Below, piece by piece: positions 10,315 through 19,960 of a stretch of DNA of 64,000 nucleotides (the first letter of the stretch is position 1; each line of letters starts with the position of its first letter). Source of the stretch: Longimicrobiales bacterium (GTDB lineage Bacteria > Gemmatimonadota > Gemmatimonadetes > Longimicrobiales > Gaopeijiaceae); assembly GCA_965202985.1 (NCBI GenBank), contig CBDBCF010000001.1, positions 1,440,001-1,504,000 of the forward strand. Reading direction: 5' to 3'. Both the position numbers and the translations under genes were made by a program. A model generated the notes under the pieces. That model made no database searches and was not told the DNA's origin. It saw only the letters and a program-made list of their open reading frames with translations.

Positions 10315-11754
10315 ATGTCCAATCGACGCCACGCGACCAGCAAGCCGTCGACAATGATCGTCCTCCTGCTGCTCGGGGTCCTGGAGATCGCGTTGCTGGC
10401 GGCGTTCGGCTGGTCCGACGGACTGGCCATGCCCCTGCCGCGCCTGCTGCTGCCCGCCGGCGCCTTCCTTTGCTACGGAGTTGCCGGTTGCGGCTTGATC
10501 CGGTTGCGCGGGGCCGGCAGCGGGCGAGCCGCCTTGGTCGTGGTGTGGGGAACGGGGGTCGCGGCCCGGCTGGCCCTCCTTCCCTTGGCCCCGGAACTGT
10601 CGGACGACGTCTACCGCTACCTATGGGACGGTCACGTCCTTGCCCACGGCGTCAACCCCTATGTCCACGCCCCCGACGCCCCCGCGCTGGCGGACCTGCG
10701 GACCCCGTGGCACGGGCTCGTCAACCACCCCGGCGTGCCCACGATCTATCCACCGCTGGCCCAAGCTCTCTTTGTGGTCGTCGCCGCGGCAGGGAGCGCA
10801 ACCGTTCTTGCGGCGAAGGGCCTGTGGCTGATCATGGACTTGGCTTGCGCGTTCGTCCTTCAGCGCGCGGCGGCCCGATCGGGCCGGCGGCCTGGCCCCG
10901 TCCTGCTGCTCTATCTGTGGTCGCCGCTCCTGGTCGTGGAGACGGCCTGGAGCGCCCACCTGGAAGCGGCAGGCCTTCTCGTCCTTTCGGCCCTTCTTTG
11001 GATGGACGCCCCACGGCCGCGGGAGGGCTCGGCCGGCGGCCGAGCCGCGGCGGTCGGCGCGCTCTTGGCCGCGGGAACCCTGGTCAAGCTTGCCCCGGCC
11101 GCGCTGCTCCCACCGATGGCGCGTCGCCACGGCATCCGCACGGCAGCCGTCTTCGTGCTTGCGTGCGGCGTCGGCTACGCTCCCTTTGCCGGCGCGGGCT
11201 TCGGGCCCCTCACGCAGGGCCTGCGGACCTACGCCGAGCACTGGTCGGCCAATACGGGGGCCTTCGCACTAGTCGAGGCCGTGGCCGGCGGCCCCGTGGC
11301 CGGCCGGATCGCGGCGGCCTTGCTGGTTCTGGGCGTCGCCGTCCTTGCCGCCTGGCGCCGCTTCTCGGCCGCGCGCGCCATGCTGTGGACCTTTGGAGCG
11401 GGTCTGCTCCTCTCGCCAACGGTGCATCCGTGGTACGTGCTCTGGATCCTGCCCGTGGCCGCCCTTCAACGTTCCCGGCCTTTCTTGCTGCTGAGCGGGC
11501 TGGTGTTCCTCGGCTATTGGGGCCTCGACGCCTACCAATCCACCGGCGTCTGGCATCAGCCGGCCTGGACCCGCGCCGCCGTCTGGCTGCCGGTCTGGAG
11601 CTTGCTCGGATGGGACGCGTGGGAGTGGGCGAAGCGCCGTCGCGCGGGAAGTCGCCGTTCGGACGAACGCGCCCGGCGCCCCGCGGGCCGCCCCAGGGCC
11701 AACGACAGGTGCCCAGTTGCGAAGAGGGCGACGAACGGGAGCGACGCCCAGTAG
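10315..11754 (+). CDS. Polytopic GT-C fold glycosyltransferase (GT87/DUF2029-like)
   Basis: LSDDVYRYLWDG, TIYPP and PTVHPWY motifs with many hydrophobic helices; start at 10315 or 10354. Confidence 0.8.
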   Translation: MSNRRHATSKPSTMIVLLLLGVLEIALLAAFGWSDGLAMPLPRLLLPAGAFLCYGVAGCGLIRLRGAGSGRAALVVVWGTGVAARLALLPLAPELSDDVYRYLWDGHVLAHGVNPYVHAPDAPALADLRTPWHGLVNHPGVPTIYPPLAQALFVVVAAAGSATVLAAKGLWLIMDLACAFVLQRAAARSGRRPGPVLLLYLWSPLLVVETAWSAHLEAAGLLVLSALLWMDAPRPREGSAGGRAAAVGALLAAGTLVKLAPAALLPPMARRHGIRTAAVFVLACGVGYAPFAGAGFGPLTQGLRTYAEHWSANTGAFALVEAVAGGPVAGRIAAALLVLGVAVLAAWRRFSAARAMLWTFGAGLLLSPTVHPWYVLWILPVAALQRSRPFLLLSGLVFLGYWGLDAYQSTGVWHQPAWTRAAVWLPVWSLLGWDAWEWAKRRRAGSRRSDERARRPAGRPRANDRCPVAKRATNGSDAQ

Positions 11755-13175
11755 CCTTCGGCCAGCGCGACCCCGCCCGAAAGCACCATGAACGCCCCAG
11801 CGGTCAGCGCCGCCCCCCGTCCCTTGAACCCGCCCGTTGGTCTTTCGTAGCAGTCGGACCGCCGCAAGCCGCCGCGCTTCGGCGTGCGTTCGAAGGGGTC
11901 GCGACGACGACTCCGCAGCCCCCGCAATACCGCTCGCGACAGCGGCAGCGACAGTCCCGCGCCCAGGGCCAGCGCACCAGCGGCGCCTCGGGCGGCCGCC
12001 CCCCAGCGCCGCCCTCGCTTCCGCGCCGCGGCCAAGTAGAAGACGGCAAACGGCCCCACCGCCGCCAAGAAGACGGCCGCGTCCAGCCACCAAAGGCGGT
12101 CCAGCCCAAGATGGCGGCGAGCCGCAGCCGCCGGAACGATCAGGACCGAAAGCGCCACGGCCAGCGGATGGGCAAAGTGACCGCACAGGTGCGCGACCGC
12201 GTCCAGCTTGACGGACGCCGAAGACGACCCGCGCAACAGGCGGGGCAACAGCTTTCGCGCAGTCTGAACGCCGCCTTGCGCCCACCTGCGCTGCTGCACC
12301 AGAAGCGCGCCCGCCGTGGGCGGAAGCTCGGCGGGAACGCCCTCGTCCTCTCGGAAGACGAACCGCCAGCCCGCCATCTGGGCCCGGTAACTGACGTCCA
12401 GGTCTTCGGTGAGCGTGTCGCATTGCCACCCGCCCGCGTCGGTCAGCGCCCGGCGCCGCCACAGTCCCGCCGTCCCGTTGAAGTTGAAGAAGCGCCCGCC
12501 GCGGTAGCGCCCGCCTTGCTCGACGAAGAAGTGCCCGTCCAGGAGGACGGCTTGGGATCGCGCCAGCCGACAGTGTCGGTCGTTCAGATGATCCCAGCGG
12601 GCCTGCACCATGCCCACGCCGGGGTCGGCCATCGACGAAAGAAGCGTGGTCAGGAGGTTCCGTCCGGGCACGAAGTCCGCGTCCAAAACCAGCACGAACT
12701 CGCCGTCGGCCCGCTCAAGTCCCGCGGCCAGCGCCCCGGCCTTGAATCCGTCCCGCCGCTCCCGGTGCAGGACCGACACGTCCACGCCCGCGCACCTCCA
12801 ACTGCGCGCCCGGCGCTGCGCCAGTGCGGTCGTCTGGTCGGTGGAGTCGTCCAGGACCTGGACCTGCAGTCGGTCGCGGGGGTAGGACAGGCGGCAGGCC
12901 GCGTCGATGGCACGCTCCACGACGTGCACCTCGTTGAACACCGGGAGCTGGACGGTCACGCGGGGCCAAGCGCGGGCAAGCCTCGGAACGCCCCGCCCCG
13001 AGAGCGCGACGTTGGACGCCGCGGCGACGGGCACACCGGGCGCGAAGGGCAAGTCGCCCGCGGGCCGGGGCCGGCGCGAAAGTCGCAACAAGTGGACTCG
13101 GTGGCCGGCGAGCGGGAGCAAGAGGGCCAACACGGCGCCGTGGAGAACGACGACGGCCAAGGCCAAGGCGCTCAC
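11556..13175 (-). CDS. Processive GT2 glycosyltransferase, cellulose-synthase-like
   Basis: VQLPVFNE, DDSTD, FKAGAL, DAD, TEDLD and QQRRW (D,D,D,QxxRW set). The GTG at 13175 overlaps the upstream stop (GTGA). Confidence 0.88.
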   Translation of the reverse strand: MSALALAVVVLHGAVLALLLPLAGHRVHLLRLSRRPRPAGDLPFAPGVPVAAASNVALSGRGVPRLARAWPRVTVQLPVFNEVHVVERAIDAACRLSYPRDRLQVQVLDDSTDQTTALAQRRARSWRCAGVDVSVLHRERRDGFKAGALAAGLERADGEFVLVLDADFVPGRNLLTTLLSSMADPGVGMVQARWDHLNDRHCRLARSQAVLLDGHFFVEQGGRYRGGRFFNFNGTAGLWRRRALTDAGGWQCDTLTEDLDVSYRAQMAGWRFVFREDEGVPAELPPTAGALLVQQRRWAQGGVQTARKLLPRLLRGSSSASVKLDAVAHLCGHFAHPLAVALSVLIVPAAAARRHLGLDRLWWLDAAVFLAAVGPFAVFYLAAARKRGRRWGAAARGAAGALALGAGLSLPLSRAVLRGLRSRRRDPFERTPKRGGLRRSDCYERPTGGFKGRGAALTAGAFMVLSGGVALAEGYWASLPFVALFATGHLSLALGRPAGRRARSSERRLPARRRFAHSHASHPSKLQTGSQTAARVQAG

Positions 13176-14185
13176 GCTGGGCGACCGCCGGGTTCCGAGC
13201 CAGCTTCGAACCCCGGGCAACGGATCACCGGCAACCTCGGGTACTTCCGGTAGGTCGGGTCGGAGCGGTGTCGCCGACACAGCCGAAAGACGCTCCCCCG
13301 CGCCGTCTCCACGCGCCGGGCCCATACGCACCTGCGGCAAAGCCCGACGGCGTCGCCCGGCCACGCAACTTTTGCGCCCGAGCGTTCGGTGGGGCGACCA
13401 GACTCGGCGGGGCAGCCCTCGCGCGGCAGGATGCCCACGTAGGCCAAGTGGCGGCCTCTGTCGCCGCGTCGATGCGAGTAGTAGGGGTGGCCGGATTCGC
13501 ACCGGGTGCACTCTGGGCTGACGGAGACGTCGCCGGGGACGACGCCGGAAGACGCCGCTCGGCGAAGAAGAACCGCGCGCAGGTCCAAGGGTGCCGGGCT
13601 CGCCGCCGTCGGTTGTCCCAAGGCCGAAAACACGTCGGACCCGACTTCGTAGCAGCGCCCGCAGATCGACGGCCCAAGGTGCACCGACAGGTTCTTTGGC
13701 TGGCTCCCAAAGGTTTCGGCCATTGCGGCCAACCCCGACTCCAGCACGCCAGCCGCGGTCCCGCGCCAGCCTGCGTGAAGGAGCGCCACCGCTCGTCGCG
13801 ACGGGTCGGCCACGAAGACGGGCACGCAGTCGGCCAGGGTCACCGCCAGCAGCAGGCCCGGCGCGCGGGTCGCGTGTCCGTCGCAGTCGCCAGCCAGCAC
13901 GAACCCGTCAGGCGCAGTCTCGTGCACGCGCACTCGCCGGCCGTGCACTTGGCGGCTGCGCAGCACGGAGCGCCACGGCCGCCCGCCGTCCAGCCGTCCC
14001 ACGGCGTGGGCGGAGATGTCGGCCCCGGCCCAGCGAGCGGTTTCGGGACCGGCGTGGTCTTGCGGACCCGGGCTGCGCGGTCGGCGGGTCGTCCCGGCCC
14101 GCAGCCAGGGAAACGCGGCGCGCCATCCGGGCACGGGCGTGGTCTCGCCGGCGACGGACACGGTGGAACGAGGGGCGTTGGGCAC
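13172..14185 (-). CDS. pgeF: YfiH/PgeF-family protein with a fused C-terminal Cys-rich domain
   Basis: QVHG, ADCVP, HAGWRG, GPSICGRCYEVG and YYSHR motifs; start approximate. Confidence 0.8.
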   Translation of the reverse strand: MPNAPRSTVSVAGETTPVPGWRAAFPWLRAGTTRRPRSPGPQDHAGPETARWAGADISAHAVGRLDGGRPWRSVLRSRQVHGRRVRVHETAPDGFVLAGDCDGHATRAPGLLLAVTLADCVPVFVADPSRRAVALLHAGWRGTAAGVLESGLAAMAETFGSQPKNLSVHLGPSICGRCYEVGSDVFSALGQPTAASPAPLDLRAVLLRRAASSGVVPGDVSVSPECTRCESGHPYYSHRRGDRGRHLAYVGILPREGCPAESGRPTERSGAKVAWPGDAVGLCRRCVWARRVETARGSVFRLCRRHRSDPTYRKYPRLPVIRCPGFEAGSEPGGRPA

Positions 14186-14277
14186 GTTGGGAAGCTTGTT
14201 TGCCTTTGGGCGAAGGCGGGCGAGGGCTTGTCGGTGTTGGGCGAAACGTCGTCGAACAAAGTAGATTGGTCGCCACG

Positions 14278-17220
14278 ATGAGCGAGACTTGGTTCGACAG
14301 CCAGAACGCGGCGTACGTGCAGGCGCTGTACGAAGACTACGCCCGCAACCCCGAGTCCGTGCACCCCGCGTGGCGAGACTTCTTCGACCGCGACGAAGCC
14401 GAACTGCACCGGGCCGGCCTTTTCGGAGCCGACGGACGACCACGGCGCACGGCGACCGCAGGCAACTTTGCGCCGGCCCAGCCGGCCCCCGCCGTTGCGG
14501 CCCCGACACCGGTCGTCCCTGCGCCGCCGCTCGCCCCGCCCCACCTGCCGAACCCGTCCCGTCCGCCGGAAGTCGCCCCGCCTACCGAGCCCGTCCCGCC
14601 CGCCGAGAGCCGTCCCGCGCCCGCCCCCGACCGGCGCCTGATGACCCTCGTTGCCCGAGGCGCCAACCTCCTGCAGGCCTTCCGTGAACACGGCCACCAA
14701 GCCGCCCGCATCGATCCCCTGGGAAGCAACCCGCCCGGTCACCCGCAGCTGGACCCGGCCTACTTCGGCACCACGATGGAAGAGCTTGAGGCCATCCCGG
14801 CCTCGGTTCTCTTCCCGGAAGAAGGCGACGCCCCGCTGGCCAACACCCTCGACCGCCTCAAGTCGACCTACAGCGGCGCGCTGGGCTACGAGTTCGAGCA
14901 CCTGGAGGACCCGGCCAAGGTGGAGTGGCTGTGGGCGCAAGTGGAGAAGGGCGCCCACTATGCCGGCATCGACAACGCCGACCGTCGCTGGGCGCTGGAC
15001 CGGCTGACGCAGGTCGAAGGCCTGGAGCAGTTCCTTCATCGGACCTACCAGGGACAGAAGCGCTTCTCGATCGAAGGCACCGACATGATGGTGCCGATGC
15101 TCGACGAGGCCATCGAACAGGCCGCGGCCGACGGCGCCACCGACGTGGTGATCGGCATGGCCCATCGTGGCCGTCTAAACGTCCTGGCCCACATCTTGGC
15201 GGTCTCCTACGACGAACTGCTGGGCGCCTTCGAGGGCCAGACCACACCCCAGGGCGCGTTGTGGATCCGCGACCCCGGCACCGGCGATGTCAAGTACCAC
15301 CACGGAGCCACGGGCGACTACGCGCTGCGCTCCGGCGACACCGTCCGCATCACGCTGGCGCCCAACCCCAGCCACTTGGAGTACGTCAACCCGGTCGTCC
15401 TGGGGATGGCTCGGACGCACCAGTACGCCGACGACAACGGCGCCACGGACCGCCGCCCCGAGCGGGTCGTGCCCATCCTGATCCACGGCGACGCGGCGTT
15501 CGCCGCCGAGGGCGTGGTGGCCGAGACCCTCAACTTGGCGCGCCTGCGCGGGTACGAAGTGGGCGGCGCCGTGCACGTCATCGCCAACAACCAGGTCGGC
15601 TTCACCACCGACCCCGAGGACGGTCGCTCCACGCGCTACGCCAGCGATCTGGCCAAGGGCTACGACATTCCGGTCATCCACGCCAATGCGGACTCGCCGG
15701 AGGACTGCTTGGCCGCCGTGCGTCTGGCGATGGCGTACCGGGCCAAGTTCCGCGACGACACGGTGATCGACTTGGTGGGCTACCGGCGTCACGGCCACAA
15801 CGAAGGCGACGAACCGGCGTACACGCAGCCCAAGCTCTACGCCAAGATCCGCAAGCATCCGACGGCTCGGGCGCGCTGGGCGGACCGCTTGGCCGAGCGA
15901 GGCGTGGTCGCGCCCGAAGAAGCGCAAGCCAGCGCCCGGAAGGTGGACGACGAGTTGCGGGAAATCCTGGACCGCCGCCGCGCCGCCGCCCGGAACGAAA
16001 CCGCCATGCCGTGGAGCCACCCGGACTTCGGCGCCGTGGAGCAGGGGCTGGACCCGCACACGCCCGTGGAGTTCGACCGCCTGGAGGAACTCAACCGCAA
16101 GCTGCTGGACTACCCGGAAGGGTTCGCCGTCCATCCGAAGCTGGCCCGGCAGCTGGCCCGTCGCGGCCAGGAGTTCGGTCTCGACTTCATGCTCAACTGG
16201 GGGCACGCCGAAGCCCTGGGCATTGCCAGCCTGCTGGACGACGGCATCCCCGTCCGGCTGTCCGGCCAAGACGCCGAGCGCGGCACCTTCAGCCACCGCC
16301 ACTTCGTACTCCACGATGCCCAGACGGGGGTCGAGCACGTGCCGATGGCCCATGTAGGCGACACGCGCTTCGAGGTGTACAACTCGCCGCTGACCGAGGC
16401 CGCCGTCGTAGGGTTCGAGTACGGCGTGGCCGTGGCGGCGGACCGGGACCTCGTGATCTGGGAAGCCCAGTTCGGCGACTTCGCCAACGTGGCCCAGGTC
16501 ATGATCGACCAGTTCCTGTCGGCGGGCTGGGCCAAGTGGGGACAACGCTCGCGCCTCACGCTGCTGTTGCCCCACGGCTACGAAGGCATGGGACCGGAGC
16601 ACTCCAGTGCTCGCCTGGAACGCTTTCTGCAGCTGTGCGCGGAAGACAACATGAGGGTCGTCTACCCCACCACGCCGGCGCAGATCTTCCACTTGCTGCG
16701 GGTGCAGGCCATGAGCGAACCCGAGCGGCCGCTGGTGGTCATGTCGCCGAAGAGCCTGCTGCGCCACCCCAAAGCCACTTCGCCCGTGCGCGACTTGGTT
16801 GACGGCACCTTCCAGCGCGTCATCGACGACCCCGACGTGGACCACGCCGACGCGGAGCGCATACGACGGCTGGTCGTGTGCACCGGCAAGGTCTACTACG
16901 ACTTGGCGGGCTCCGACATGCGCGCCCAAGCCGACACGACAGCCATCGCCCGAATCGAAGCCCTCTACCCCTTCCCCGACGACGAAGTCCGCGCCCTGGA
17001 CGATCGCTACCCCAACCTTGAGACGGTCATCTGGACGCAGGAAGAGCCCGAGAACATGGGCGCGCTTCCGTACGTCGGCCCCCGCCTGCACCGAGCCCTG
17101 CCCACCTCCGTCAAGCTGGTGCACGTGACGCGCCCCGAGCGCGCCAGCCCTGCCGAAGGCAACATGAAGGACCACGCCCGAGAACAGCAACGCATCGCGA
17201 AACGGGCGCTGGGGGCGTAG
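14278..17220 (+). CDS. sucA: 2-oxoglutarate dehydrogenase E1
   Basis: GMAHRGRLN, GDVKYH, NPSHLE, HGDAAF and WEAQFGDF; ATG at 14278 gives MSETWFDSQNAAYV. Confidence 0.95.
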   Translation: MSETWFDSQNAAYVQALYEDYARNPESVHPAWRDFFDRDEAELHRAGLFGADGRPRRTATAGNFAPAQPAPAVAAPTPVVPAPPLAPPHLPNPSRPPEVAPPTEPVPPAESRPAPAPDRRLMTLVARGANLLQAFREHGHQAARIDPLGSNPPGHPQLDPAYFGTTMEELEAIPASVLFPEEGDAPLANTLDRLKSTYSGALGYEFEHLEDPAKVEWLWAQVEKGAHYAGIDNADRRWALDRLTQVEGLEQFLHRTYQGQKRFSIEGTDMMVPMLDEAIEQAAADGATDVVIGMAHRGRLNVLAHILAVSYDELLGAFEGQTTPQGALWIRDPGTGDVKYHHGATGDYALRSGDTVRITLAPNPSHLEYVNPVVLGMARTHQYADDNGATDRRPERVVPILIHGDAAFAAEGVVAETLNLARLRGYEVGGAVHVIANNQVGFTTDPEDGRSTRYASDLAKGYDIPVIHANADSPEDCLAAVRLAMAYRAKFRDDTVIDLVGYRRHGHNEGDEPAYTQPKLYAKIRKHPTARARWADRLAERGVVAPEEAQASARKVDDELREILDRRRAAARNETAMPWSHPDFGAVEQGLDPHTPVEFDRLEELNRKLLDYPEGFAVHPKLARQLARRGQEFGLDFMLNWGHAEALGIASLLDDGIPVRLSGQDAERGTFSHRHFVLHDAQTGVEHVPMAHVGDTRFEVYNSPLTEAAVVGFEYGVAVAADRDLVIWEAQFGDFANVAQVMIDQFLSAGWAKWGQRSRLTLLLPHGYEGMGPEHSSARLERFLQLCAEDNMRVVYPTTPAQIFHLLRVQAMSEPERPLVVMSPKSLLRHPKATSPVRDLVDGTFQRVIDDPDVDHADAERIRRLVVCTGKVYYDLAGSDMRAQADTTAIARIEALYPFPDDEVRALDDRYPNLETVIWTQEEPENMGALPYVGPRLHRALPTSVKLVHVTRPERASPAEGNMKDHAREQQRIAKRALGA

Positions 17221-17251
17221 CGCAGGGCCGAAAGGGCCGCAGGGTCGCGTC

Positions 17252-17296
17252 CCGACTTGCAAGTCGGCCGGCCTATGTCTTCGGCCGGCCTATGTC
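17252..17296. repeat. Perfect 16-bp palindrome plus a 16-bp direct repeat
   Basis: CCGACTTGCAAGTCGG at 17252-17267; TCGGCCGGCCTATGTC at 17264-17279 and 17281-17296. Confidence 0.8.
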
Positions 17297-17825
17297 CGGT
17301 CGCCTGGAAGGTACCCCCAGCGGGTCATTGCGGCGCCGTGCCGTTCGACGATCTGGTCGACTTGGGCATGCGAAAGGTGCCGGCACCAGTCGTCCTGGCG
17401 GCCCGAGCGGAAAACTGCACCCCCGTCCGAAGAACAAGAAAGCCGACCTCTTCTTCCTCGGCAACCGATCGAAGCTGGAGAAGGCCACGGCGCGGCGCAG
17501 CCGCTCTTCGTCGTTGTCTCCGTCCAGCCCCAGAAACCCGGCCATTCCTGCCAGCTGGCCCACCGGGTCGGCCGGCGTGTCTTCGTAGCGCATGGCCAGG
17601 ACGGGGAACGGCGCGTCCAACCAGCTTGCTACATGGCTGGACCAGTCGATCGGCTTCTCCGGCACGCGGAACCGGGCCGTCCGCATACGCATTGGGGCCG
17701 TTGACGAACGCAACGCCTGCATCCATGTCTCCGGAGGCGCGGAAGAACGCCCACGAGACCGCAACGTCCAGAGGGTTGTGGATCAAGTACAGAGCACCGG
17801 CGGTCACTTCGTCCAGGAACAGCTC
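17290..17825 (-). pseudogene. Sulfotransferase (PAPS-dependent) C-terminal remnant, frameshifted
   Basis: Pieces in different frames: ALYLIHNPLDVAVSW, WSSHVASW...RYED, AVAFSSFDRL and FRSGRQDDWCRHLS...MTRWGY, ending at TAG 17290-17292. Confidence 0.75.
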
Positions 17826-18385
17826 GGCCGGCCAACTCAAGGCCGCCCGAATCCAGCTTCAGGTCGTCCCAACTCCAACACCAGAGCCGCTCCCGGCGTC
17901 CCGGACCGGATCAAAGATCAGGATGTCGTCGGCGAAGAAGCCGTACCCGGGGCCGGGCATCGCCGCCGCCAGCGTGGACTTGCCTTCGGCGGTGCCGCCC
18001 GAGAAGGCGTGCACATCGCCGTTGCGAGCCACGACGCTCGCATGGAGCGGGAGCAGTCCCCTGTGCAGGGCGATCGCCGGCAGTGCCGGACACGAACCGT
18101 CGGACGTCGGCCTCGGCAAGTTGGGCATCCGCCGAACCACCTTGCCCGCTCGCCTCCTTCGACGAGCAGCCGGAGTCCGCACGGCAGCCGGACCAGCTGG
18201 CGACCGGCACCGTACTCCCAGACCACGCCCTTGCTTTCGGGGTTCGGCAGCGTGTCCGGCACTTTCGCCGCGCCGAACCGTCACGTCGGCACCGCGAGTT
18301 CGCAACCAAGGCACCGCCGTCGCCTCGAGATCGAGATCGGCGTCCACGGTAAGGGGACCGCCTTGTGGTTCGTGGACGGGCGCAT
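17826..18385 (-). pseudogene. HPr-kinase-related P-loop kinase remnant, frameshifted and truncated
   Basis: RGLLPLHASVV...FSGGTAEGKSTLAAA...FADD motif; upstream parts (VPDTLPNP, AEADVRRF) lie in other frames; ATG at 18385. Confidence 0.7.
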
Positions 18386-18400
18386 CGGAAGCGGCCGAAC

Positions 18401-18780
18401 CTACTCCGCCTTGAACCCGCACTCCCGGTGGCCCCGTCGCAGAACGGCTTGGACGACGATGCGCCGCACCTGCACAAGGCGCCTTTGCGTCCCTGGGTCG
18501 TCGCGCCGTCTTCGCCCACGACGACCAGCGGCCCGCCCACCAGCAAAGGCCCGTTGGGCGCGCAAACGATCGCAATGGGTTCGTCGGCCGCGCCCCGGCT
18601 TTCCTCGGCGGGCACCAACCGGCCGCCCTGAACGACGCCTTCGTCGGCGAAGCCCGCCTGGTGGTGGGAGTCGTCGCAGAAGGGCTTGTCCTGCGACGCG
18701 CCGCACCGGCACAGATATGCTTCCTCTGCCTCGTGGACCGCTCCGCCGGGCAGTTCGATTCGGATCCGACCCGTCAGTTG
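18401..18780 (-). pseudogene. Double CDGSH iron-sulfur domain protein, 5'-truncated
   Basis: YLCRCGASQDKPFCDDSH and ALCRCGASSSKPFCDG, the latter frameshifted just before the His; no start codon before the IS remnant. Confidence 0.8.
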
Positions 18781-19264
18781 CCGCGGTCAAGCCGCTGGAC
18801 GCGCACCGTCCGTTGCCGCCGGGGACCGATCTCGAGGCGCTGTTCGCCGCGGAAGCCGGGCCGCGACCATCCGTGGCGCAAGCAGATCCGCGAGGAGGTC
18901 GAGCGGGCGATGGCCAAGCGGGAACACCGCTTCGCCCGGCTCGCCGCTTCCGGCGCGCCGGACAGTCGCGCCGACCGCGTCTCCGCCGGAGCCCAGCGAT
19001 GAACGGATCCCCGCGCCTTGCAGCGACGAGGCCCGCCGTCTTGCCCTTCCACCAACCCCGCCCAGAGCAGCGCTGCCCGGCTCCCGCCAGCCGTTCACCG
19101 GGTCGGCGAAGCCGGGGTCCGGGGACCAGGACGTGACGATCAACGGCTGCGCAGCGAGAGTTCAGTCGCCCACCTTCTGCCGGCCACCTGGACGGCGGAA
19201 ACGAATCCAGGGGAGGACATTTCTATTGCGCCCTAACCCTGGACATTTCTATTGCGGTTTGACA
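18780..19264 (+). mobile_element. IS1202/ISNCY-type element, 3' remnant with intact right end
   Basis: Near-identical to the reverse complement of 33950-34565. Ends GGACATTTCTATTGCGGTTTGACA, with the core GGACATTTCTATTGCG repeated at 19215-19230 and 19241-19256. Confidence 0.85.
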
Positions 19265-19269
19265 CAAGG

Positions 19270-19360
19270 GGATCGGCGTACCGGCGGGAGATCGTCGCCC
19301 TGGTCCGCTCGGGACAGTCGCCGGAGGCCGTGGCGCGCGAGTTCGAGCCGGCGGCCGCCA
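19270..19360 (+). pseudogene. IS3-family OrfA N-terminal fragment
   Basis: [24 protein letters not shown] resembles the IS3 OrfA helix-turn-helix start. Confidence 0.55.
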
Positions 19361-19362
19361 AC

Positions 19363-19803
19363 CTACGCCCGCGGATGGGCCGCCTTGTAGACGCGGCGCA
19401 GCCGCTCCTTGGACGTATGCGTAGATCTGGGTAGTGGACAGCGATGCGTGGCCGAGGAGTTCCTTGACGGCCATGAGGTCGGCCCCGGAGTCGAGGAGAT
19501 GCGTGGCGAAGGAGTGTCGCAAGGAGTGAACCGAGAGGCCCCGCGGCGCTGGCGTAGTCGGCGAGGCTTCCCGGACGCATCGCTGGATGTAGCGCGTGGA
19601 GAGGCGGCCGCCGCGTCGGTCAGGAAGAGAGCGGATTCGCCCGGGCGCGCGAACTCCAACCGTCGGGGAAGGTAGCGCGCCAGCGCGCGGCGGACTGGGT
19701 GACGGGTGTCAGTCAGGCGCTCCTTTCGGCCCTTGCCCAGGACGCGGAGCTGGCCCCGTTCGACATCCACCGAGCCCAGGTCGAGGGAGGCCATCTCGGA
19801 CAG
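19363..19803 (-). pseudogene. xerC: Tyrosine recombinase XerC-type C-terminal fragment, frameshifted
   Basis: LSEMASLDL...[35 protein letters not shown] and [13 protein letters not shown], spread over several frames. Confidence 0.8.
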
Positions 19804-19960
19804 GCTCCTTCAAGACCGCGTCCAGCACGGCGTCCGATATCTGGTCGGCCAGCTTGTCCGGGTGGCCTTCGGTGACGGACTCGGACGTGAATAGGCGGCG
19901 GCTCTCGGAAGCCTGGCCGGAGCCACGATCTGCGGGCTGCGCAGTTCGATGGTTTCTCAT
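19804..19960 (-). pseudogene. metK: S-adenosylmethionine synthetase N-terminal fragment
   Basis: [28 protein letters not shown] signature, cut after about 52 codons. Confidence 0.85.

Noticed and set aside
13591..14277. 229-aa N-terminal extension of sucA given by the ORF track
   Set aside because: It overlaps pgeF on the other strand and has no E1 features; the ATG at 14278 gives a typical N-terminus.
19264..19300. dif/XerCD site targeted by the IS1202-type element
   Set aside because: No AT-rich dif-like 28-mer next to either intact IS end; closeness to the xerC fragment looks incidental.
19363..19803. Functional island integrase or integron integrase
   Set aside because: The N-terminal half is missing, there are several frameshifts, the HPRA end is XerC-type, and no attC-like array was seen.
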